The notes below the pieces were generated by a model. That model was not told where the DNA came from, searched no databases, and saw only the letters and a program-made list of their open reading frames with translations. Shown here one piece after another: positions 10,907-22,444 of a stretch of 38,000 bases of DNA (the first letter of the stretch is position 1; the number at the start of each line of letters is the position of its first letter). The position numbers were made by a program, and so were the translations under genes. The stretch lies in assembly GCA_002269645.1 (NCBI GenBank), contig NIVC01003428.1, positions 1 to 38,000 on the forward strand. The letters run 5' to 3'. This DNA is from Macrostomum lignano. Taxonomy: Eukaryota.

Positions 10907-11110
10907 CACAGTTGGCTTGTTAATTACTGAACTTTGTTGGTCCTGGATCCGTGCTTCATTAGTGATATGAAGCTTGACGTGAGAGCATTATCTGTCTTGC
11001 GCATCCAAGTTATAGCCATGATTTAACCATAAACTATGGTTTGTTCACAGAGAATGAGTGAGTACACTGGAGACCAAAGAGTAGAAAACTCTGCTTCAAC
11101 TGGAGACTTG

Positions 11111-11304
11111 CGGCCGTATGCAGAAAGCTTAGTCCAGACTAGCTAGTCCGGACTTGGGTAGTTCAGTCTATAGTCTATGGTCTAGCTACCTTAGTTCTGT
11201 CTATAGCAGACCGGTCTAACTTTGTGTTTCTGCATACCAAATCCAAGTCCAGACTAGCTTTTCAAGACCGGACTACCCTAGACAGAGCTTTCTGCATACG
11301 GCCC
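11111..11304. mobile_element. MITE with perfect 18-bp TIRs and 3-bp TSD (PIF/Harbinger-like)
   Basis: GGCCGTATGCAGAAAGCT (11112-11129) and AGCTTTCTGCATACGGCC (11286-11303) are exact reverse complements. TTG flanks both sides (11108-11110, 11305-11307). Confidence 0.75.
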
Positions 11305-11559
11305 TTGGAGTCTTGACTTGACTTGACTTGACTTTCCAATCCAGAATTCAAGCGCACCCAGACCAAAGAAGAAATTTCACAGATCAAAGATCCCTTACGA
11401 GAACAGGACCTGCCCAAAGGGCCTGAAAGTGAAGCTAACTGTTAAAGTTATCTGTAGATACAACATCGAAAACTCTAGTAAGAGACTTCATAAGGTCGAA
11501 ATATTACAACGTAGAAAACTACAGCATAGTTCTTGTTATATTAAGTTTTCGACGTTTTG

Positions 11560-11780
11560 AAATTTCAAGCTTATGAAGTTTCGACCTTGTGAAAGTGGAT
11601 GCTATTTGAGTTTTCGATGTTGTGAAATTTCGATCTTGTGTAATTTCGATCTTGTGAAATTTCGACCTTATGAAGTCTTTTACTAAAGTTTTCGGTGTTG
11701 TGAAATTTCGACCTTGTGAAGTTTCGACCTTGTGAAAGAATTTACTTTTCGACGTTGTGAAATTTCGACCTTGTGAAAGC
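11560..11780. repeat. Degenerate ~16-bp tandem repeat
   Basis: Recurrent GAAATTTCGA(C/T)CTTGT. Confidence 0.8.
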
Positions 11781-12729
11781 ACCCCCTTGCCTCGGCTCCT
11801 CCTGTTCATCATTTGCCTCCTCTCCCCTCTGACTCGCCTGCTTTCTGGAGTTTGGGGTTGCTCCCCTGATCGCTGCTTTGTGCCAACGTTCTGCATTCGG
11901 TCTTCGTCACTCGCCTAAACCCTAATGATAAATATGGATGATGGCGGTAGAGCCTCTGCAGCAGCAACGTCATTGCAGAGCAAGAAATCTTTAACACGGA
12001 AATCGAAGAGATCCGACTCCAGTGAGGTGTCATTGAGATGTCTCTCTACTTCAGAATCCAAGGGTGCAAAGATACAAGGATAATAAAATAGGGGAAGGAG
12101 CGCAGTTTCTAATTGGCTTGCATTGGTTGCAACAAAGCCTACAATGAAATTCTATTAACATCTACCTGTTGGTTAAAATGAATATACTTGTCAGATTTAT
12201 GAACATAAATTGACAATAAGTATCCCTTTTTCTACTTTCTCTATGTAATTTCGCGTTCGGTGGCTCCCAATTGGGCCGTTTTAGCTGTGCCTGTTTTGTG
12301 CGTACGTATATTCGTATAATAGTTCCACGATCGATAATTTAGGCCTCTCAGTGCCCGTGGAGCACGAAGAGGTCGATTTTATTACCTTTAAATATAACCC
12401 GGTCTCTCTCTTCCTACTTTTTACGACCGTTTAAAACTTTGCTAAATATAGCCTTCCTAAGTGTTAGTCATTCAGTCTTCGTTATTTGTCCCAATAGCAG
12501 TTGGACAATACTAAACTTACTGTACTATCAATTAAATATAAGCTAACCTTAGTTTTTTTTTAAAGTAGCCATTACAATTTTTACTAAACACGCTATCACA
12601 TGTACTCGTAGCTAGATGCAACTACCTTTCAAAGTGGGCACCAGTATCTTAAAAGATGACGCGATTTAGCAGTATCTATAAAACATGATCATGAGTCATG
12701 TTTCATGACTCAAAACATGAGTCAAGGCT

Positions 12730-13265
12730 CATAGAGTGTGGGGGTGAATCGTCAAGTTGTCAAGGCTCATAGAGTGTTGGGGTGAATCGTCAAGTTGTCA
12801 AGGCTCATAGAGTGTTGGGGTGAATCGTCAAGTTGTCAAGGCTCATAGAGTGTTGGGGTGAATCGTCAAGTTGTCAAGGCTCATAGAGTGTGGGGGGTGA
12901 ATCGTCAAGTTGTCAAGGCTCATAGAGTGTGGGGGGTGAATCGTCAAGTTGTCAAGGCTCATAGAGTGTGGGGGGTGAATCGTCAAGTTTTTAAGGCTCA
13001 TAGAGTGGGAGTGAATCGTCAAGTTGTCAAGGCTCATAGAGTGTGGGGGGTGAATCGTCAAGTTTTTAAGGCTCATAGAGTGGGAGTGAATCGTCAAGTT
13101 GTCAAGGCTCATAGAGTGTGGGGGGTGAATCGTCAAGTTTTTAAGGCTCATAGAGTGGGAGTGAATCGTCAAGTTGTCAAGGCTCATAAAGTGGGGGGGG
13201 GGGCTGAATCGTCAAGTTTTCAAGGCTCATGGAGTGGGGGTGAATCGTCAAGTTGTCAAGCTCAT
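12730..13265. repeat. Minisatellite, 39-42-bp unit, ~13 copies
   Basis: Unit GTGAATCGTCAAGTTGTCAAGGCTCATAGAGTG(T)GGGG with a variable G run. Decayed relatives with the GTCAAGG core occur at ~880-1100 and 13300-13480. Confidence 0.95.
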
Positions 13266-14267
13266 GGAATAACTGAATTGCTGTGGCTCATAATAGACAG
13301 ATCATTTCTGACAGGTCAAGGATTACCGGGGAAAATTGCTAGTGATTTAAGGCTATGAGGGAGTCGTTTAATAGCTGAAGCTCAAGGGCAATGAGGGAAC
13401 TGCTAAGATGTCATTTCTCATGGGGGCCGGATTTCTGAGATGTCAAGGCTTCAAAGAAGAACTGCTGAGGTGACAAAAGATTTGCTCAGATGTTGACTGG
13501 AATAGATTTTGGCTAATAGGAATTCGTGCTGGACTGTTTGGGCGAGGATTAGGCTAAATGATACTGATATCTGCTAAATGGAAAATATTGATTAGACAGA
13601 ATTGATTCCTTGACTTGAGCGAATAAAAATGGGCATATAGCAATTTAGCAATAGCAATGTCATCAAGTGTTGAGTACTCTAGTGAGCTCAGTTGCGAACC
13701 CAGTCCATTGATGCCAAATTCTGATAAAGCTATTTTTATTTTCATTTTTAACACGAGTAAATTTCTGTCTCTTGTTGCAGAGCACCCGAAATGTAAGTTC
13801 ATCATTGATGCACCCTTATTGAACTTTTATTTTCTTCCTATGTGTTTAAATTGCGACACTTACATAAACCTTTGCACTGACTGGTGTGGGACAATGGCAG
13901 AAACGGATCTCGCTCTCACTCATAAATTTACCCAATTAGCGTCTGAGCACGAGCTCAAGGTGCCTTCGGTCCTCTGGCCGGACCCACTTCGAACTCTGAG
14001 CTGAAGATCGCGTCTTCGTTGGGATCGACCCATCCCCAGGCACACACAATACAGTACGAATCTCCAGCCCTCTAAGAAATAACGCAGCTCACTCAAAATG
14101 CTCTTGGATTCAACGAGTCCGACAGGCAAGTGACAGGGCTTGGTTGCACGGAGCGCTGAGTAGTATCGTAGTTGACTGACTCAGCTGAGTGAGCTCTCGA
14201 TCGTCTGAGTTTATCTGAGTATCTGAGTCTGAGTAGACTCTGCGCACCACCCATGCTGTCAACCTCA

Positions 14268-14290
14268 GCACACAAATTATATAAATATTG
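14268..14290 (+). promoter_or_regulatory. Candidate TATA box for WSC copy 1 (counterpart at ~19255-19265 for copy 2)
   Basis: TATATAAATA lies ~55 bp upstream of ATG 14336. The paralogous TATAAATA lies upstream of ATG 19313. Confidence 0.45.
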
Positions 14291-14335
14291 TGCACTGTTT
14301 CATCATTGGTGCACCGACCCCGACTACAACTGAAA

Positions 14336-15038
14336 ATGCGATTAGCGACTGTAGCGCCATTCTATTTTACTTGTCCATGAGTTTGAGCATGAGCAGTGCA
14401 CTCTCTTATTAGTTTTTGCGTAACTCGATCTTTGCATTTAAATTTCAGTTAAACTGCATGGCTGCTTCGATTACTTGTGGGATCTAAATGTTGTTATTTT
14501 GGAGTCGATTTGTTTAACTTTAGGATGAGCAACGGAAAAACGAACGTTAGGCACGAAAGGCCTTGCACGGTCAATATATTTTGTATTAAAAAATGGTGAG
14601 TGAAAATTTGGGGGTTTGAATTGCAGATAATAAAGAGAGGGGGTGGAGTGCGCGACTGAGGAAAGAGGCGAGAACGGAGAGCCAATCAGAACGCAGCAAG
14701 GGAGAGAGAGATAAGAATAACAAGATTGAGCTAGACAGAGAGAGAGAAAACGGAGTAAACAGAGACAATTGAAGGTGAACTAAGAAATGACTAGGAAAGT
14801 CGCGACACTACAAGACCAAAAATCATCCGAGTCCATGACAATCGAGAGCTGCCAAAAGGACTGCAGTGTCACTACTTATCGCTACTTTGGAGTCGCAAAC
14901 GGATTAAAATGCTTCTGTGGTGATTCAGTGAGGGGAGTAAAAGTTCCTTCCAAATATTGTGATTCCAAGTGTTCGGGAAACCCAAAGCAGCTATGCGGTG
15001 GTCCTAAAACAGCTGTTGTGTACGAGCAGCCCGTCTGA
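14336..15038 (+). pseudogene. WSC-domain gene copy 1, interrupted by a ~300-bp insertion; possibly non-functional
   Basis: Intact WSC core in ORF 14787-15038 (SSESMTIESCQKDC...YFGVANGLKCFCGD...CDSKCSGNPKQLCGG...VVYE). The N-terminal motif KLHGCFDYLW (~14450-14480) is separated from it by insertion 14491-14789. The ATG-14336 frame stops early. Confidence 0.55.
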
Positions 15039-15387
15039 TTGAGGCCAAGTTCATTTACTAGCGAAGGAACTGACTTTGAATGAAAAAATAATAGCTGCCT
15101 CACTGACAATGAGAGATGATTAAAATCCTGATTAAAAAACAAAATCTTTCAGCGTTGTACTTTAGTGTCCGTGATTTCTCAAACAATACTTCTCAAGGAC
15201 AGCAGTCGCACAAAAAGTTTTGCGCTGTAAAAAGTGCTGTAGCAGAGCTGTACTGTGAAAATGTAGCCAGAGCCTCCTAATCCAGTGTAGTGCACAGGCT
15301 GCAGCAGCTGTTAGTTTAGCAAACACCAAATGGTCTGCGAGTTTAAAAAGCAGGTCGAAGGATCCTTTAGTGCCGCTGCCAACCTTC

Positions 15388-18294
15388 AGCCAATCAAGCT
15401 GATAAAAAGCCAATCCAGCTGATAAAAAGCCAATCAAGCTGATAAAGAGCCAATCAAGCTGATAAAAAACCAATCAAGCTGATAAAAAGCCAATCAGCTG
15501 ATAAAAGCCAGTCAAGCTGATAAAAAGCCAATCAAGCTGATACAAAAGCCAATCAAGCTGACAAAAAACCAATTAAGCTGATAAAAAGCCAATTAAGCTG
15601 ACAAAAAGCCAATCAAGCTGACAAAAAGCCAGTCAAGCTGACAAAAAGCCAATCAAGCTGATAAAAAGCCAGTCAAGCTGATAAAAAGTCAAGCTGATAA
15701 AAAGCCAATCAAGCTGACAAAAAGCCAGTCAAGCTGATAAAAAGCCAATCAAGCTGATAAAAAGCCAGTCAAGCTGACAAAAAGCCAATCAAGCTGATAA
15801 AAAGCCAATCAAGCTGATAAAAAGCCAATCAAGCTGATAAAAAGCCAATCAAGCTGATAAAAAGCCAGTCAAGCTGATAAAAAGCCAGTCAAGCTGACAA
15901 AAAGCCAATCAAGCTGATAAAAAGCCAATCAAGCTGACAAAAAGCCAATCAAGCTTACAAAAAGCCAGTCAAGCTGACAAAAAGCCAATCAAGCTGACAA
16001 AAAGCCAATCAAGCTGACAAAAAGCCAATCAAGCTGAAAAAAGCCAGTCAAGCTGACAAAAAGCCAGTCAAGCTGATAAAAAGCCAATCAAGCTGATAAA
16101 AAGCCAATCAAGCTGATACAAAAGCCAATCAAGCTGACAAAAAGCCAATCAAGCTGACAAAAAGCCAGTCAAGCTGACAAAAAGCCAATCAAGCTTACAA
16201 AAAGCCAGTCAAGCTGACAAAAAGCCAATCAAGCTGACAAAAAGCCAATCAAGCTGACAAAAAGCCAATCAAGCTGAAAAAAGCCAGTCAAGCTGATAAA
16301 AAGCCAGTCAAGCTGATAAAAAGCCAATCAAGCTGATAAAAAGCCAATCAAGCTGATACAAAAGCCAATCAAGCTGACAAAAAGCCAATCAAGCTGACAA
16401 AAAGCCAATCAAGCTGACAAAAAGCCAATCAAGCTGACAAAAAGCCAGTCAAGCTGACAAAAAGCTAATCAAGCTGACAAAAAGCCAATCAAGCTGACAA
16501 AAAGCCAATCAAGCTGAAAAAAGCCAGTCAAGCTGACAAAAAGCCAGTCAAGCTGATAAAAAGCCAATCAAGCTGATAAAAAGCCAGTCAAGCTGACAAA
16601 AAGCCAATCAAGCTGACAAAAAGCCAATCAAGCTGATAAAAAGCCAATCAAGCTGATAAAAAGTCAAGCTGATAAAAAGCCAATCAAGCTGACAAAAAGC
16701 CAGTCAAGCTGACAAAAAGCCAATCAAGCTGACAAAAAGCCAATCAAGCTGATAAAAAGCCAATCAAGCTGATAAAAAGTCAAGCTGATAAAAAGCCAAT
16801 CAAGCTGACAAAAAGCCAGTCAAGCTGATAAAAAGCCAATCAAGCTGATAAAAAGCCAGTCAAGCTGACAAAAAGCCAATCAAGCTGATAAAAAGCCAAT
16901 CAAGCTGATAAAAAGCCAATCAAGCTGATAAAAAGCCAATCAAGCTGATAAAAAGCCAGTCAAGCTGATAAAAAGCCAGTCAAGCTGACAAAAAGCCAAT
17001 CAAGCTGATAAAAAGCCAATCAAGCTGACAAAAAGCCAATCAAGCTTACAAAAAGCCAGTCAAGCTGACAAAAAGCCAATCAAGCTGACAAAAAGCCAAT
17101 CAAGCTGACAAAAAGCCAATCAAGCTGAAAAAAGCCAGTCAAGCTGACAAAAAGCCAGTCAAGCTGACAAAAAGCCAATCAAGCTGATAAAAAGGCAATC
17201 AAGCTGACAAAAAGCCAATCAAGCTGATAAAAGCCAATCAAGCTGACAAAAAGCCAATCAAGCTGACAAAAAGCCAATCAAGCTGACAAAAAGCCAATCA
17301 AGCTGAAAAAAGCCAGTCAAGCTGACAAAAAGCCAGTCAAGCTGATAAAAAGCCAGTCAAGCTGATAAAAAGCCAATCAAGCTGATAAAAAGCCAGTCAA
17401 GCTGACAAAAAGCCAATCAAGCTGATAAAAAGCCAGTCAAGCTGATAAAAAGCCAATCAAGCTGACAAAAAGCCAGTCAAGCTGATAAAAAGCCAATCAA
17501 GCTGATAAAAAGCCAGTCAAGCTGACAAAAAGCCAATCAAGCTGATAAAAAGCCAGTCAAGCTGATAAAAAGCCAATCAAGCTGACAAAAAGCCAGTCAA
17601 GCTGATAAGAAGCCAATCAAGCTGATAAAAAGCCAGTCAAGCTGACAAAAAGCCAATCAAGCTGACAAAAAGCCAATCAAGCTGATAAAAAGCCAGTCAA
17701 GCTGACAAAAAGCCAATCAAGCTGATAAAAAGCCAGTCAAGCTGATAAAAAGCCAATCAAGCTGACAAAAAGCCAGTCAAGCTGATAAAAAGCCAATCAA
17801 GCTGATAAAAAGCCAGTCAAGCTGACAAAAAGCCAATCAAGCTGATAAAAAGCCAGTCAAGCTGATAAAAAGCCAATCAAGCTGATAAAAAGCCAGTCAA
17901 GCTGACAAAAAGCCAATCAAGCTGATAAAAAGCCAGTCAAGCTGATAAAAAGCCAATCAAGCTGACAAAAAGCCAGTCAAGCTGATAAGAAGCCAATCAA
18001 GCTGATAAAAAGCCAGTCAAGCTGACAAAAAGCCAATCAAGCTGACAAAAAGCCAATCAAGCTGATAAAAAGCCAGTCAAGCTGACAAAAAGCCAATCAA
18101 GCTGATAAAAAGCCAGTCAAGCTGATAAAAAGCCAATCAAGCTGATAAAAAGCCAATCAAGCTGATAAAAAGCCAATGAAGCTGATAAAAAGCCAATGAA
18201 GCTGATAAAAAGCCAACCAAGCTGATAAAAAGCCAATCAAGCTGATAAAAAGCCAATCAAGCTGATAAAAAGCCAATCAAGCTGATAAAAAGCC
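15388..18294. repeat. Satellite array, 20-bp unit, ~145 copies
   Basis: Unit AAGCTGA(T/C)AAAAAGCCA(A/G)TC with rare 14-, 19- and 21-bp variants. Confidence 0.99.
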
Positions 18295-18854
18295 TTCAAT
18301 ATCCTTTTCAGGATATTAGCTCTTCAAGCATGATGTGGGTTAATAAGTCCAAACACGGATATCCACAGTACAGTGATTTTTACTGAGTGATAGCATCTTC
18401 CCAATGGTGCTTTCAGCATAATTTTTATCCTATGTCTTTGAAAAAACATCAACGCCTTTTATCGCAATTTTAAGATTTAGCATCAGGTTTTTGCATACTA
18501 TGTTTTTCGGTGCTTACTTTTATCCATAAAATGCAGATGAGGGTGGCGATAAGCAGACGATTGTTAGACAACTGAAAATTCGCTACTGCTAACCGTGGTG
18601 TTGCTTTAGAGAGGCCGCAAGCAGCTTGGGATCAATCAGATAATTCCAAAGAGCAATACAAGCGGGAGTGAGAGGGGAGCGAGAGAGAGAGGAGGCCGAT
18701 AGGGAAAACAAAAAAATGCACACAAAAACTAATCAACCTCAGAACACCCAAAGAATTGATGACCCGCACAACTATGCAAAGGCTGAACAGTAGAGCTACG
18801 GGTTTTGAACCTTAATTTGCAACGATTCCGGAATGCTAAGCTTGTACTCGAAAT

Positions 18855-19915
18855 TTACACTGGTGTTGGGACAATGGCAGAAACAGATCTCGCTCTCAGA
18901 TTGATCCAATGAGCCTCAGAGCACGAGCTCAAGGTACCTTCGATCCTCTGGCCGGACCCGCTTCGAGCTCTGAGCGGAAGATCGCGTCTTCGTTGTGATC
19001 GACCCGTCCCCAGGCAGACACAATACAGTACGAATCTCCAGCCCTCTAAGAAATAACGCAGCTCACTCAACATGCTCTTGGATTCCACGAGTCCGACAGG
19101 CAAGCGAGCGACAGGGCTTGGTTGCACGGAGCGCTGAGTATTATCGTAGTTGACTGACTCAGCTGAGTGAGCTCTCGATCGTCTGAGTTTATCTGAGTAT
19201 CTGAGTCTGAGTAGACTCTGCGCACCACCCATGCCATCAACCTCAACACAAATGATATAAATATTGTGCACTGTTTCATCATTGGGTGCACCGACCCCGA
19301 CTACAACTGACAATGCAACTAGTGACTGTAGCGCCCTTCACTTTGCTTGTCCTTTACTTTGCATTAAAATTTCAGTTAAATTTAAAGAGGCTGCTACGAT
19401 TATATTTGGGGTCCATCACTCCATCTCTAATCGGCTACGGATCATCCAGCGAGTCCATGAAAATCGAGAGATGTCAAAAGGACTGCAGTGTCACTACAGC
19501 TCGCTACTATGGAGTAATACGTGGAAAAATTTGCTACTGCGGTGATGAAATAAGGGGTACACGATTGTCTTTAAGAAAATGTGATTACAGGTGTCCGGGA
19601 AATCGAAAGCAGATCTGCGGTGGTGAATGCATAATGGTTGTGTATGAGTAGCCCTTCCTAATTGAGGCCTGATTAACTCATTAGACTAACTTTTCAAAAA
19701 AACGTCATTTAAAAATCATGTTGGACTCTGATTATTACGAGTAAATAAACACAATCTTTAAACAGTGTCCGTAGTGTCCGTGTTTTCTGAAACAATATTT
19801 CTCAAAAAAGTTTTGCTCATAAAAGTGCTGGAGCAGAGCTGCACAATGAAAAAGATGGCCACAGCCGCATGTTTTTGTGCAGCGCACAGGCTGCTGCAGC
19901 TGTAGAGAGAAAAGT
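18855..19915 (+). repeat. Tandem segmental duplication, copy 2
   Basis: Paralog of 13870-15340, lacking the 14491-14789 insertion. Confidence 0.9.
19313..19651 (+). CDS. WSC-domain protein copy 2 (5' structure uncertain)
   Basis: Open frame MQLVTVAPFTLLVLYFAL (hydrophobic, signal-like) ... SSESMKIERCQKDC...YYGVIRGKICYCGD...CDYRCPGNRKQICGG...VVYE*. The expected GCYD motif (GGCTGCTACGAT, ~19389) is in another frame. Confidence 0.65.
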   Translation: MQLVTVAPFTLLVLYFALKFQLNLKRLLRLYLGSITPSLIGYGSSSESMKIERCQKDCSVTTARYYGVIRGKICYCGDEIRGTRLSLRKCDYRCPGNRKQICGGECIMVVYE

Positions 19916-20094
19916 AAGAGTTTTATCGAGTTCAATTTTAAATTAATAATTTGTTACAAACCAATGATAAACTAGTCGTAGAACTGCCCTCTCGCCCCAA
20001 AACTTTCCATTTTTGTTTGATGACAGCTACTGCAGTACAGAAAAATGTAGAAAAGCACCATCGCCAGTTGACCCGATGAAAACGTTACCGTGAC

Positions 20095-20300
20095 AAGAAT
20101 CGTATTAGAATCGTTGTAGTGATTCAAATACGCGTCAAGTGATTCAAATACGCTTCAAGTGATTCAAATGCGCTTCAAGTGATTCAGAAACGATTCTTGT
20201 GATCTTAAAACGCTTCTGGGGTGGGTGAGTGAGTCGCACCAATTTTTCTGATGGCTAGAATCGTTTCTGAATCGTTTTTGAAGCGTATCTGATGCGTTTC
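20095..20300. repeat. Short tandem plus inverted repeat element (foldback-like)
   Basis: Four tandem GTGATTCAAATACGC(T/G)TCAA units. TCAGAAACGATTCT (~20185) and ATACGCTTCAA are mirrored as AGAATCGTTTCTGA (~20257) and TTGAAGCGTAT (~20278). Confidence 0.6.
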
Positions 20301-21077
20301 AATTCTTTGCAAGTTTCTGCAGCGTGTTAAAATGAAAGTATATGAGCTGCTGCTGCACAGTATTATAGTGTCTTCAGTAGAACCGCCACCATTTGTATTT
20401 TAGAGCAGCATGGATAGGCGACAATGTTGCGATGGAGTGTATTGCCGTGTACCGTGACATCTCGTCGGTTTTGAATCACACAGAATTACTTTCCCTCCTA
20501 TCCCCCAGTGCAACTCCAAAACGCTTCAAAAGCGATTCAAATACGACGCAAACGCTTCATTTACGATTCTAGGCCACAGTCACGTTTTCATCGGGTGAGT
20601 GCGAGATTGAGATGAGAATCGATGAGTTGAGATTGATGAGACTGCAGACTGACATGTGAGGATGAGGGAACCGCGAGTGAAGAAAATTGACGAGAGAGAC
20701 CGCGGTGGGATGGACTGCCGACACCGACTCTGGTGAGGCAACCGACTTTCTTTTATGACTTGACATGACGCTTCTCTTATGCTCGATATGACGCTTACAT
20801 TGACAAATTTTTAACGCTTCGCTAGTGCATCCGGTATGCTCTCGAGAAATCGGATTTTACTTGGCCAAATCTGTCTATGGCCCTAACAGCGTTCAGCGCT
20901 ATGCGTTCACACAAGGAATTCTTTAGAATTCCTTCGTTATGTATATAATCTTTGTCTGTTCTTTTGGTTCCTATGGCAGAGAAAGGCTTTCTGTCTTTCT
21001 GTCATAGACACCAAAATAATTCTAATTCCAGAATTCCTTCGTTCGCCACAACCAATGCGTTCTCTTGGTTCACCAGA

Positions 21078-21255
21078 CCCACTGGCCCTCAACCCCCCTT
21101 GCCCACTGGCCCTCACCCTCACTGGGCCTCAACCCCACTGGGCCTCACCCAAACTGGGCCTCAACCCCACTGGGCCTCACCCAAACTGGGCCTCAACCCC
21201 ACTGGGCCTCACCCAAACTGGGCCTCAACCCCCACTGGGCCTCAACCCCAATGGC
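21078..21255. repeat. Minisatellite, 16-17-bp monomers
   Basis: Alternating CCCCACTGGGCCTCA and CCCAAACTGGGCCTCAA. Confidence 0.9.
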
Positions 21256-21414
21256 CCTTCATCGCAAAAATAGACTGGGCTTACCAACTGCAATAACCTT
21301 CCTTCTTAACACTTCTAGTCCCATCAACGTCACCTTAAACGAGCTGTCCCGAAGGGCACACCGCGATTAAGCAATTACAGGATTATAACAACTCGATCTA
21401 TTCATACAGAAAGA

Positions 21415-21932
21415 CAGGTGATTTTGAATTATCGGTTCTCATGTTCTCATGGCGACGGATTGGGGGAGTCTCAAGTTCTCATGAGTTTGAATTGGCGAGT
21501 CTCATGTTCTCATGGCAATGGATTGGGGAGTCTTATTCTCATGAGTTTTTATTGGCGAGTCTCATGTTCTCATGAGTTTGGATTGGCGAGTCTCATGTTC
21601 TCATGGCGATGGATTGGGGAGTCTCATGTTCGCATGAGTTTGGATTGGCGAGTCTCATGTTCTCATGGCGATGGATTGGGGAGTCTCATGTTCGCATGTG
21701 TTTGAATTGGCGATTCTCATGTTCTCATGGCGATGGATTGGCGAGTCTCATTCTCATGAGTTTGAATTGGCGAGTCTCATGTTCTCATGGCGATGGATTG
21801 GCGAGTCTCATGTTCGCATAAGTTTGAATTAGCGAGTCTCATGTTCGCATGAGTTTGAATTAGCGAGTCTCACGTTCGCATAAGTTTGAATTAGCGAGTC
21901 TCATGTTCGCATGAGTTTGAATTAGCGAGTCT
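21415..21932. repeat. Minisatellite, ~31-bp unit with two interleaved variants
   Basis: GAGTCTCATGTTCTCATGGCGATGGATTGG(G/C) and GAGTCTCATGTTCGCATGAGTTTGAATT(A/G)GC. Confidence 0.9.
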
Positions 21933-22444
21933 TTCTGTGCTCGTACTCGCATAAATAATTAAATAAATGAAGAAAATACCAATAACTGCACATAAATTTC
22001 AATTATTTTTTCCATTCTCAAAAGTCATGAACACTATGACTTTTGCAGAAATCTACGCCACAAACTGCTTTTGGCTTGAGAAAACAAAGTAGATTTTTGT
22101 TGTATTGTCCGCACCGATAAGAACAAGAACGCAGGATCAGACAGATAAATATAAAGCTGATACGAGCTAAAAGCAATGTCATCGGTCGGACAGATAACTA
22201 GACAAAAACAGACACCAAAATCAAATCAAGTTCAATCAAAATCACTGCTCACTGGATGATAGATCAATAGTGGGGATTCAATTCAATTCAAGCGACTTCA
22301 AGTGTGTGGCATAAGAATGGTTCTCAGGGCTGCTTTGATGAAGATTGCTTTCTTGGAATCATTTTTAGTTTGAACTTTGAACTCAATTCGTTGTCATCAT
22401 AAATGTTATGATGGATTTGAGTTTATCTCTCCAGAGATTTAAAA

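Larger units (their letters stand above)
13870..15340 (+). repeat. Tandem segmental duplication, copy 1 (promoter + WSC gene + 3' flank)
   Basis: 13870-14360 aligns with 18855-19330. The WSC exon aligns with 19440-19651, and 15160-15330 aligns with 19765-19915. Confidence 0.9.

Noticed and set aside
18855-19313. Minus-strand ORF (152 aa) conserved in both duplicate copies as a real gene
   Set aside because: In copy 1 the frame is broken by a 4-bp indel (split between ORFs 14093-14275 and 13920-14129). It has no recognisable domain, and the similarity is explained by recent duplication.
15162-19935. Cys/His-containing minus-strand ORFs at 15162-15473 and 19735-19935 as a second duplicated small gene
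   Set aside because: The paralogous segments do not keep a common reading frame. They are treated as non-coding 3' flank.
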